30,250 bases of DNA from Myxococcota bacterium (GTDB lineage: Bacteria; Myxococcota; JACRCW01). Below the pieces are notes generated by a model. The model saw nothing but the letters and a program-made list of their open reading frames with translations. It did not search any database and was not told the DNA's origin. Below are positions 16,422 through 24,222 of this stretch, piece after piece (positions within the stretch are counted from its first letter, which is position 1; each line of letters starts with the position of its first letter). The DNA is taken from positions 1-30,250 of the forward strand of contig JBFMGU010000128.1 of NCBI GenBank assembly GCA_040752415.1, written 5' to 3'. The translations under genes were made by a program, and so were the position numbers.

Positions 16422-17182
16422 GACTCGCGAGCCTCCTGATGATCCTGGTGACGCTCGCTTCCGCCGGTTGCGACGAGTGCGAGTATTCCGCGGAGTGCAG
16501 TGGCGTCGACGCGAGCATCACGCGCAGCGACGCGGGCACCGGGACGCCGACGCCAGCGAGTGTCGCCGTCGAGCGTGCGGTGACGTTGGTGGAGCGGCCC
16601 ATTGCCAACGGCCTGGCGTCGCTGAAGCTGGAGATCCTCCCGCCGCAGGACGTGGAGGCGCCCCCGGGCTTGCCTCTGGGGGACTTCCTGGCGTCGGGCA
16701 GCGCGGACATCTGGATCCACGCCAACATTCGCTACAGCGCGGCGCTCGTCGGTGGCCGCAACGTGGGGGACATGGTGCCGTACCTGCGCGTGGGACTGGA
16801 GATCACCAACGAGGATGACGGTCGCCGGCTCAGCACCAACCTGGTGCCGGTGGTTTCCGTCGCCAACGGGGTGTTCTACGCGCGCAACCTCTCGCTTGGC
16901 AGCAGCGTGGGAGCCGCCACCTCCCATTACAGCGTGCGCGTGGTGATTCGCCGTCCAGCCCTCCTCGGCGCGGACGCGGACGCTGTGTCGCCAGGAATCG
17001 TGATTGGCGAGGACATGGTTGGCGCGGAGGCAGGGACGTTCCTCGACGACGTGGCCACCGTGATCACCAGTCACTTCTCGCTCGATGATCTGCGCGAGCA
17101 GCAGGTTTCCACGGGAACCGGAGGGACGCCGTCCACGGGCGGGACCAGCAGCTCGTCCGGTGGGGGATACATCGCGCCCTGA
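16418..17182 (+). CDS. Lipoprotein with P19/Tp34-like domain and a Ser/Thr/Gly-rich tail
   Basis: Lipobox SAG|C18; SADIWIHANI...GDMVPYLRVGLEITNE...NLVPVV...GVFYARNLSL...HYSVRVVIRRP; ATGA overlap with the upstream gene. Confidence 0.7.
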   Translation: MRLASLLMILVTLASAGCDECEYSAECSGVDASITRSDAGTGTPTPASVAVERAVTLVERPIANGLASLKLEILPPQDVEAPPGLPLGDFLASGSADIWIHANIRYSAALVGGRNVGDMVPYLRVGLEITNEDDGRRLSTNLVPVVSVANGVFYARNLSLGSSVGAATSHYSVRVVIRRPALLGADADAVSPGIVIGEDMVGAEAGTFLDDVATVITSHFSLDDLREQQVSTGTGGTPSTGGTSSSSGGGYIAP

Positions 17183-18603
17183 TGGAGTCTCGTCGTCGTG
17201 CCGCGGTGGCCGTGGGCCTGTTGACGCTGGTGGCGACGGCGGCGCGAGTGGCTCTCCGCGCGCGAGGTCTCGAGGGATTCGACTCCGTTGGCTTCGCACA
17301 GGCGCTGCACAGCTACGATCTCACCGCGCGGACGCCACATTTTCCCGGCTATCCCGTCTACATCCTGGTCGCGCGCGTCTTCAGCGCACTGGGATTCTCC
17401 GACGTCGACGCGCTCATCCTTCCCGGCGCGTTGGGCTCGGCGCTCCTGGTGCCCGCGTGCGCGTGGACCGCGTGGCGCCTCGCGGATGAGCGGGCGGCGG
17501 TGGTGGCCGCGCTGCTCACGTCGGTGATGTCGGGTCTGCACCTGGCGGCCGCGCGTCCGCTCTCCGAGGGCCTGGGTGTGGTCCTGCTGGGAGTGGCGGG
17601 CGCGCTCTGTGTGGATGCGTACGTGGCCCGTCGTGCACGCAGCGCGGGAGCCGCTGGTGTGGTGCTAGGGCTGATGCTGGGCGTGCGACTGGCGTGGTTG
17701 CCCGCGGCGGTGGGGTTGGCCGCGCCGCTCGTCGTGAGACGCGTGGAAGGGCACGCGCTGCTGCTGGGCGGCGTCTTGGGCGTGCTGGGCTGGGCGGTGC
17801 CCATGACGTTGGTCGTCGGTTGGGGCGACCTGCTGGCCAGCGCGGAACGTATGCTCACGGGACACTTCACGTCGTGGGGCGGTTCCGTGGCGTCGGAGGA
17901 CCTAGACCTCCCGCGGTTGCTGGCGGTGCTTTGGGGGGTGTGGGCCCACGGGTTGGGCGGACCGTGGTCCGGCGACGCGATGACGACGTCACGCGCGATT
18001 GCCGGTGCGGGACTCCTGCTGGCGTGGGTGCTGCTCCCGACCGCACGGCGTCATGCGGGCGGCCTGCCCCTGTGGGGCGCGTGTGCCGGTGCGTTGGCCT
18101 ATCTCGTCGTGGGGGCGAATCCCGACAACCCTCGTCACGTCACGCAGCTCCTCGTCCCCCTGGTGCCGCTGCTGGGAATCGGCTTGACGAGGATCCGCGC
18201 GGGAGCAGTGATCGTGGCGGGTTTGCTCGGCCTTCCGACGATTTCCGTCGCGGTGGAGCAGGCCACCGTGCTGAATCCCGCGGAGCAGTCCGCGCTGTTC
18301 ATGGCCACGTTGCGTCCGTCGGAGGGGCTGCGCTTCTACGGGTGGACCACCATGCGCACCGTCCGCGCCCGCGCCCCCCTCGTCGACGCGCGCCTGGTGG
18401 AAACGCTTCCTGCCGCCGTGGACGACCTGCGTCAGCATCCCGTGCCTGCGCGCACCTGGGTCTTCTTTGACAGCCGCCTGAAGGACAAGCGCCGCAAGGA
18501 TTTCGACTTCACGCCGGTGGAGACCTTTCGTCGCAGTCCGTACGTCGACCCCGCCGGCGCGGCCATCACCATCTACCGGTACCAGGGCGAGCGTCAGCGA
18601 TGA
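17182..18603 (+). CDS. Polytopic membrane protein, GT-C fold glycosyltransferase-like (PMT_2/DUF2723-like)
   Basis: First loop EGFDSVGFAQALHSYDLTARTPHFPGYPVY; ARPLSEGLG; LGLMLGVR; NPRH; about 10-12 hydrophobic segments; TGATG overlap with the upstream gene. Confidence 0.75.
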   Translation: MESRRRAAVAVGLLTLVATAARVALRARGLEGFDSVGFAQALHSYDLTARTPHFPGYPVYILVARVFSALGFSDVDALILPGALGSALLVPACAWTAWRLADERAAVVAALLTSVMSGLHLAAARPLSEGLGVVLLGVAGALCVDAYVARRARSAGAAGVVLGLMLGVRLAWLPAAVGLAAPLVVRRVEGHALLLGGVLGVLGWAVPMTLVVGWGDLLASAERMLTGHFTSWGGSVASEDLDLPRLLAVLWGVWAHGLGGPWSGDAMTTSRAIAGAGLLLAWVLLPTARRHAGGLPLWGACAGALAYLVVGANPDNPRHVTQLLVPLVPLLGIGLTRIRAGAVIVAGLLGLPTISVAVEQATVLNPAEQSALFMATLRPSEGLRFYGWTTMRTVRARAPLVDARLVETLPAAVDDLRQHPVPARTWVFFDSRLKDKRRKDFDFTPVETFRRSPYVDPAGAAITIYRYQGERQR

Positions 18604-18622
18604 TTTTGAATTTCAATATCAC
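18600..18622. promoter_or_regulatory. Tandem Fur-like boxes (distal), overlapping the upstream stop codon
   Basis: ATGATTTTGAATTTCAATATCAC: two 17-mers offset by 6 bp. Confidence 0.65.
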
Positions 18623-18690
18623 GCAGACTTTGCGCAGGTCGGACTGAAGCTCGGGGAAACCCTGCCAATCCACGACGTCAGTACCCGAGC

Positions 18691-18746
18691 TTGACAGCCG
18701 TTGATACGGCCCGATATCAGGGCCTGAAAATGAAATTCAATTTCAA
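18691..18746 (+). promoter_or_regulatory. Sigma70-type promoter with tandem Fur-like boxes over the predicted start site
   Basis: TTGACA (18691)-18 nt-TATCAG (18715); CTGAAAATGAAATTCAATTTCAA at 18724-18746. Confidence 0.72.
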
Positions 18747-18762
18747 CATGAGGAAGGCGACG

Positions 18763-19728
18763 ATGCGAGTCACGTTCTGGGCAGGTTCTTTGTTGTTCTC
18801 TGCGGCGGTGGGGATGGGATGCGGGACCACGGGAGACGGAGATGGCACCACGTCCAGCTCGGGCGGCGCCTCCTGTGATGCCAATGCCAGCAGCTACGCG
18901 CCGTTCAGCGCGGCCAATTTCACCACGGAGCAGGCGCAGGTGGCCGCGTACGGGCGCATCAGCGCGCTGCGCAAGACGGCCACGTTTGCCAAGAGCGACT
19001 TCACCGCGCTGAAGACCGACTACGACACGCACTTTGCGTCGGCGGTGCAGGGACTCACCGGCGTGCCCAGCTGGGAGAACGCCAACGTGGGCACGGAGAT
19101 CCACACGCTCATCAACAACGCCATCAACCGCGGCCTGGACACCAACGACACCACCGACATCGCGGAGCTGGGGCAGATCATCGAGAAGAGCCTGATTCGC
19201 TACCTGTACCTGGCCACCTACTCCCGCGTGATGACGACGAGCGGCGACGCGCAGGCCAACTGGGACAAGGTGTTTGGCATCTACGGTCGCAGTGAGGACG
19301 GGGCCACCAGCGCTGGCATCTCCGGCTCGGTGAAGGGCCGCGACGACAACTACTCGCTCACCAACAACGACAAGGTGTTCAGCGCGCTCATCAAGGGCCG
19401 CTGCGCCATCGTTGACGGCGACAACGCCGCGCTCACCGCCGCCCGCACCGAGATCACCACCGCCATGGACGAGAGCATGGCGTACTCCGGCGCGCGCTAC
19501 TTCAAGAAGATCTCCGAGGGCGGCGCCACGCGCGTGGACCTCGCCGAGGGCGGCACGTACTGGTACGCGGTGGAGCGTCGGATGCAGGCCGCGGACGCCG
19601 CCACCATCCGCGCCTGGGTGGACGCACTGATGCCCGGCGGCGCACGTGAGGATGAGCTGCCCGACGTCGACGGCGCTTCCACCGCGCTGGGACTCATGCG
19701 CTCCAACTTCTCGCTCCCCGCGCTCTGA
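18763..19728 (+). CDS. Lipoprotein, FEA1/DUF4856-like, probably iron-regulated
   Basis: SD GAGGAAGG; signal ending VGMG|C; GQIIEKSL...ANWDKVFGIYG...KGRDDNY...VFSALIKGRCAIVDGD...ARYF...LAEGGTY. Confidence 0.75.
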   Translation: MRVTFWAGSLLFSAAVGMGCGTTGDGDGTTSSSGGASCDANASSYAPFSAANFTTEQAQVAAYGRISALRKTATFAKSDFTALKTDYDTHFASAVQGLTGVPSWENANVGTEIHTLINNAINRGLDTNDTTDIAELGQIIEKSLIRYLYLATYSRVMTTSGDAQANWDKVFGIYGRSEDGATSAGISGSVKGRDDNYSLTNNDKVFSALIKGRCAIVDGDNAALTAARTEITTAMDESMAYSGARYFKKISEGGATRVDLAEGGTYWYAVERRMQAADAATIRAWVDALMPGGAREDELPDVDGASTALGLMRSNFSLPAL

Positions 19729-19731
19729 ACG

Positions 19732-20928
19732 CTACGCCGCCACGGTGAGGGGACGCTGCGCCCGACGGTCGCGCTCCGACCAGTAGCGACGGACCCACAC
19801 CGGGCGCACGTCCTCCACCCGTCGTGACAGCACGGCCCGCGTCCACTCGGTGAGCCGTGCGTTTCCCTCCGCGAACGCCTGCGCGGGTGAGGGCGGGTTC
19901 GCCACCCAGAGCTGCTCCAGAGCGTCCCGCTCCGACGAGAACAGCGGCAGCAGCTCGGCGGGATTGCACATCACCGCACGGTGCAGCGCCTCGTGTCGCC
20001 ACCACAGCGAGTCATCCGCCACGTCGGTGGGAGTGCCCGCGTTCATGGGCTCCGCCACGCGCACCGGCTTGAACAGCGACGTGCACGGTGCCGCCGTGCC
20101 GGTGACCCAGTGTGAATCCCCGTCGGGACGCAGCCGCGCCACCCAGCTGGACGTCGTCTGCGAGCTCGCCGCGATGCCACCGCCGTGCATGCATGGTGCG
20201 GACATGGCGCCGTTGAGGAACGCGTAGTCCGGCCACGGACCGTGAGCGCCGTGGTCGCGCAGCAGGGACATCATCTGCCCCACGCCGGTTGCGCCCTGCG
20301 CCAGGGACTGGGTGCGTGCTCGTCGGACAGCGCAGGCGGAGACCGTGGTCTTCAACCAGTCCGAGTGCTTCTCCGCGAACCCCGGAATGGTGAGCCCGTT
20401 GGAGATGCCGCGCGCGCCGCGCACCTCCTCGGTGGCCCAATGCGCGCCGGCGGTCTCCAGCACCGTGGCGCCACGTCGGTCCGCGACGATGAAGCTGTTG
20501 TGATACGTGAACGCGCGATCCTCGTGGCCGCAGCCGCCGCCTTGTCCGTGGGTCTTGAGCAGCGTGGTGATGACGTCGAGGGCCTGGTGCCGGTCGGCGG
20601 CGCGCTCCAATGCCAGGCGGAGCAGGTCCATTCCGGTGAGCCCGGTGCGGGCGTAGGGCTCGCGCGTGAAGACCGCCTCGTTGCCGATGATGACGCCGTG
20701 CTCGTTGGCGCCAATCTCCGCGCCCCACATCCAGAACGGTCGACTCAGCAGCGTGGCGTGTGTGCGGGCCACCTGCGGAATCTCCACGTGGGTGCACCGA
20801 ACGGTGCTGCCCGCGGCGTGCTCGCGCGCAGGGTGCCACTCGAGGAGCTGGGCCTCGTTGGGGTCGCGGTCGGAGTTCTTGGCGAACAGCACGCCATCCG
20901 GCTGCACGACGACAACGGTGTCACACAT
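19732..20928 (-). CDS. Secernin-like C69 family peptidase (Ntn hydrolase)
   Basis: N-terminal MCDT nucleophile, FAKNSDRDPNEAQ, LSRPFWMWGAEIGANEHGVIIGNEAVFT, LTGMDLLRLALER, YHNSF, PCTSLFKP, LWWRHE. Confidence 0.93.
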   Translation of the reverse strand: MCDTVVVVQPDGVLFAKNSDRDPNEAQLLEWHPAREHAAGSTVRCTHVEIPQVARTHATLLSRPFWMWGAEIGANEHGVIIGNEAVFTREPYARTGLTGMDLLRLALERAADRHQALDVITTLLKTHGQGGGCGHEDRAFTYHNSFIVADRRGATVLETAGAHWATEEVRGARGISNGLTIPGFAEKHSDWLKTTVSACAVRRARTQSLAQGATGVGQMMSLLRDHGAHGPWPDYAFLNGAMSAPCMHGGGIAASSQTTSSWVARLRPDGDSHWVTGTAAPCTSLFKPVRVAEPMNAGTPTDVADDSLWWRHEALHRAVMCNPAELLPLFSSERDALEQLWVANPPSPAQAFAEGNARLTEWTRAVLSRRVEDVRPVWVRRYWSERDRRAQRPLTVAA

Positions 20929-20931
20929 GGC

Positions 20932-21930
20932 TCAACCCGCCCGCCACGGGATGCGCAACACCACGTCGCCGCCCTCCAGGAGTACCGCGTCGCCTTCCAC
21001 GCGTGCGCGACCCCGCACCTCGCCACCGCGTGTGATGGGCACGGTGGTTCCGTTCACCAGCGACACCATGACCAGCTCAACCGGCCCATAGGTGGCGTTG
21101 GGATGCGTGGTGAGGGTGAGCGGCAGCACCACGTGGTTCTCGTCGAGGAACGCGGGCACGCTGAGCGGCTCGGCAATCTCCAGCTTCAACGCCACGGCTC
21201 CGGGCTCATCTCCCTGGATTCGCAGCATGCGGAACTGCGGCGTGTCACCAACGCGCATCTCCAGCGCAATCATGTTTCCCGACGGAGAGAACGCCCCGCA
21301 CACGCGGGAAGGCGCGGGCGAGGGACCCAGCAAGCGCTTCACCGTCCCGCTCTCGAGGTCCAACAGCTCCAGGGAGCCATCACATCGTTCCTCTCGTGCG
21401 TCCATGAACAGCGCGCGCTTGCCGTTCACGTCGAGCGCGAGCACGGGCGCGAGGTGCGGGTTCATCCCAGCTGCAAATCCGGCCGCGCGCGTGCGGGTCC
21501 TCGTCGGGAGGTCCACGCGGTGCAACGTCTTCCCCGGGACGTCGGCCACCAGCGCGGTGGTGCCGTCGCCACTGACGCCCACGGTCTGACCGGGAACGCG
21601 CATCACCACCGTTTCTCCGTCGATGAACAGCACCTCCTCGACGAGTGCCGGAATCCGCCCCGGCTGTCCCCGGTGCACCGCGACGAGACCGCCCGCCGCC
21701 ACGGGGTTGACGTGGAAGGACTGCCGTGAGTCCAACACCAGCGGCCGCGCGTCCTTCCCGCCTTCCTCGACGTAGACGCCCGGCGCCACGCTCCCCTCCG
21801 CGCGGAACACCAGCGCTCCGTCGTGGCGGATGACCTGGCTGACCCGCGCGCCCTTCTGCGCGAGGCGCGGGATGATGACCTCGGGGGCCTGGAACGCGGG
21901 GAGGCCGCTGACCTTAAGCTGGAGCGTCAA
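20932..21930 (-). CDS. Hypothetical beta-propeller-like (TolB/WD40-like) protein
   Basis: SD GGGAGGGA then TTG at 21930; blade-like motifs VSGDGTTALV, LDVNGKRALF, FSPSGNMIAL, FLDENHVV; overlaps the upstream stop and ends 3 nt before the secernin-like gene. Confidence 0.65.
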   Translation of the reverse strand: MTLQLKVSGLPAFQAPEVIIPRLAQKGARVSQVIRHDGALVFRAEGSVAPGVYVEEGGKDARPLVLDSRQSFHVNPVAAGGLVAVHRGQPGRIPALVEEVLFIDGETVVMRVPGQTVGVSGDGTTALVADVPGKTLHRVDLPTRTRTRAAGFAAGMNPHLAPVLALDVNGKRALFMDAREERCDGSLELLDLESGTVKRLLGPSPAPSRVCGAFSPSGNMIALEMRVGDTPQFRMLRIQGDEPGAVALKLEIAEPLSVPAFLDENHVVLPLTLTTHPNATYGPVELVMVSLVNGTTVPITRGGEVRGRARVEGDAVLLEGGDVVLRIPWRAG

Positions 21931-22834
21931 CGCGCGTCCCTCCCGCCAGCTTGTGCCGCTTGGGCACCACCTCGACGATCTTCGTCCCCAGGCTCTCGAA
22001 GATCTGCGCGCGACCATTCCCCGCGTCGGGGAGGTTGAGCAGCGCGGGTTCCGTGAGCCCGGGCTCGCGCGGAATCACACCGTCGCCGGGGGTGCCGTAG
22101 TAGTCGGTGGTCTTGAGCGCTTTCCACGAGCGGTCAAAGTCCGCCGCGCGCCACACGTGGTCCTTCTCCACGCCCCAGCCGTGCTTGGCAATGAGATACC
22201 GCTCGCCGTTCTGCTCGAAGTAGCCCTCGATGACGGCGTAGTGCGCGCGCTGACCGCCGTAGTCGCCGGGGTTCCCGTTCCAGTCGACGTCGAACGCCAC
22301 GATGGCGGGATGTCCCTTGTCCAGCACTTTGTAGAGGTCCTCCAGCGTGGCGCGCTCATGCACCGAAGCGGCGTACCCGAAGTGCGCTGCCGTCTGCGCC
22401 AGCTGCTTGGCGGTGAACATCTCACCCTGCGACGTGAAACCCGCCTTCTTCGCGTAGTCCAGCACGCGCTCGTCGGTGGTGGGGGCGAAGTTGAAGTTCT
22501 TGCCCTGTCCGTGCAGGTCCGCGTCGGAGATGAGCGGCGCGGCGTTCTTGGGATTCTTGATGTGCCAGGAGTCCATCACCATGCCCAGCGCGTAGAGTCC
22601 GCACGTCGGTCCAATCTGCACGCGCTGCGGCACGTCCGCCTTCTTGGCCCGCGCAATGATCTCCGCACGCGTGATGCCCGTGGTGCGCGTGGTGCCGGGG
22701 GCGTTGATCTCCATGCCGTCGGGGGCGCGGAGTGGTGTCGAGGGCGTGGTGACGGGGGTAGGCCGCGTCACCGTGGGGGTGAAGCCGGGATTGGAAAGCC
22801 GTCCGGGCTGGGGCCGCAGGGTCACGGGAGGCAT
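21914..22834 (-). CDS. Papain-like (C39-like) cysteine protease resembling eukaryotic ACTMAP
   Basis: QIGPTCGLYAL (Cys78), GFTSQGEMFT, VAFDVDWNGNP...GQRAHYAVIEG (His198), YLIAKHGW; Pro/Thr-rich N-terminal extension with no signal peptide. Confidence 0.8.
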   Translation of the reverse strand: MPPVTLRPQPGRLSNPGFTPTVTRPTPVTTPSTPLRAPDGMEINAPGTTRTTGITRAEIIARAKKADVPQRVQIGPTCGLYALGMVMDSWHIKNPKNAAPLISDADLHGQGKNFNFAPTTDERVLDYAKKAGFTSQGEMFTAKQLAQTAAHFGYAASVHERATLEDLYKVLDKGHPAIVAFDVDWNGNPGDYGGQRAHYAVIEGYFEQNGERYLIAKHGWGVEKDHVWRAADFDRSWKALKTTDYYGTPGDGVIPREPGLTEPALLNLPDAGNGRAQIFESLGTKIVEVVPKRHKLAGGTRVDAPA

Positions 22835-22926
22835 GGCGCGACACGCTAGCAGGGCGTGTTGCGTCGCAGAAGAGCGCGACGTTCAGACGCTTGACCTCCT
22901 TTCTCCGCACGACCGACAAAGCGCCC

Positions 22927-24222
22927 ATGTTGCTCCGTCTCGCCGCGGTTGTGGCCCTCACGCTGACGTTCCCCACGACGTCGCGCGCGGATGCGTCGCC
23001 ACAACAGGCAGTGGCCGTGTTCCCGGTTTCCGTCGTCGTCGCTGACCTGGACCCCACGGCTTCCAGCACGCTGCTCACCAACGCTCTGACGCTGAAGTTG
23101 ACCCAGCAGGAGGTGTTCACGGTCATCAGCGCCGACGAGGTGGCCGCGCTGGTGCAGAACGAGGCCAACCGCATCCAGATGGGCTGTGAGGAGACCTGTC
23201 TCGCCGAGCTCGCGGGGGCGTTGGGCGCACGGTTGCTGGTGACCGGGGAGGTGAACCGCGTCGGGAGCACGCTGGTCTGGAGCGTCAGCCTCATCGACCA
23301 GTCCAACGGCACCGTGGTCCGCCGCGTCAGCGTGAAGGGCAGGTCCGTGCAATCGCTCAACGCGCAGGCGGAGGAGGTTGCCAACGTCATCGCGGGCAAG
23401 TCGGAGCAGTTGGTTCTCGAGGGGGAAGGCGCGCAGGAACGGCTGGGTTTCGTCGACAAGAAGGATTTCCGGGAGTTCGTGACGTACCGCAACGCGGTTC
23501 CTCAGCTGAGCACGTCCGACGCGCTCACGCAGTTCATCATCGAGCGCAACTCGGAGAGCCCCCGACTCGCGGTTCTCGAGGCGGGACTCCTTTCCAGTGC
23601 GGCATTGTTGGCGGCGGCCGCCGGCGTCATCCTGGTCATGTTCGGTCCGCTGGCCGCGTTCAACGACGTGGCGAACTCCGAGCTGGAGGAGCCGGTCAAC
23701 CTGTGGCTTGCGGGTCACGGCGCGCTGTTGGGCGCGGTGGCGTTGGGGCTGGGAGTGGCCGGCTTTGTCGTCGTCATCTGGGACCTCTTGGACATTGGCG
23801 CGGTGCGCGTGCGGTCGGATGGTTGCTGCCGGGATGACTCACGCATCGTCGAGGCGGCGCGTGATGACTCGGTGCAGCGGGCGTCCGCGTTGGCCGTGGT
23901 GCTCTCCAGCGTGGGGGCGGTGGCGCTGATTCCCATCTTCCTCGTCGGAATCCTGGTGCCCAGCGAGACGGCCATCACCGGCCTCCAACTCTTCGAGAAC
24001 GCACAAGGTCTCAAGCCCGGCACCCTGGAACCGCCCTTCACGCTGCGACTCATCCCCGGCGTCCCCACGTGCCCGTGCCTGCCCATCTGCGGCCTCGGGA
24101 CCTTCGCGGTGGTGACGTGCTGGCCTCTTGTCGTCGGAGCGCCATTGGGGCTGGGCCTGTTGCTCCGACCGGGTCCCGCGCCCGTGGAGGACGTGAGTGA
24201 GGACGAGGGAGGTCTGAAATGA
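22927..24222 (+). CDS. Membrane protein, paralog A: signal peptide, CsgG/FlgO/DUF2380-like periplasmic domain, about four TM segments
   Basis: ATG 22927; GCEETCLAELAGALGARLLVTGEVNRVG; IIERNSES; DGCCRDD; hydrophobic C-terminal half. Confidence 0.75.
   Translation: MLLRLAAVVALTLTFPTTSRADASPQQAVAVFPVSVVVADLDPTASSTLLTNALTLKLTQQEVFTVISADEVAALVQNEANRIQMGCEETCLAELAGALGARLLVTGEVNRVGSTLVWSVSLIDQSNGTVVRRVSVKGRSVQSLNAQAEEVANVIAGKSEQLVLEGEGAQERLGFVDKKDFREFVTYRNAVPQLSTSDALTQFIIERNSESPRLAVLEAGLLSSAALLAAAAGVILVMFGPLAAFNDVANSELEEPVNLWLAGHGALLGAVALGLGVAGFVVVIWDLLDIGAVRVRSDGCCRDDSRIVEAARDDSVQRASALAVVLSSVGAVALIPIFLVGILVPSETAITGLQLFENAQGLKPGTLEPPFTLRLIPGVPTCPCLPICGLGTFAVVTCWPLVVGAPLGLGLLLRPGPAPVEDVSEDEGGLK

Noticed and set aside
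18691..18762. Upstream starts for the lipoprotein (TTG 18691, ATG 18730)
   Set aside because: They fall within the promoter and Fur-like boxes; ATG 18763 has an SD and gives a normal lipoprotein signal (ATG 18748 cannot be excluded).
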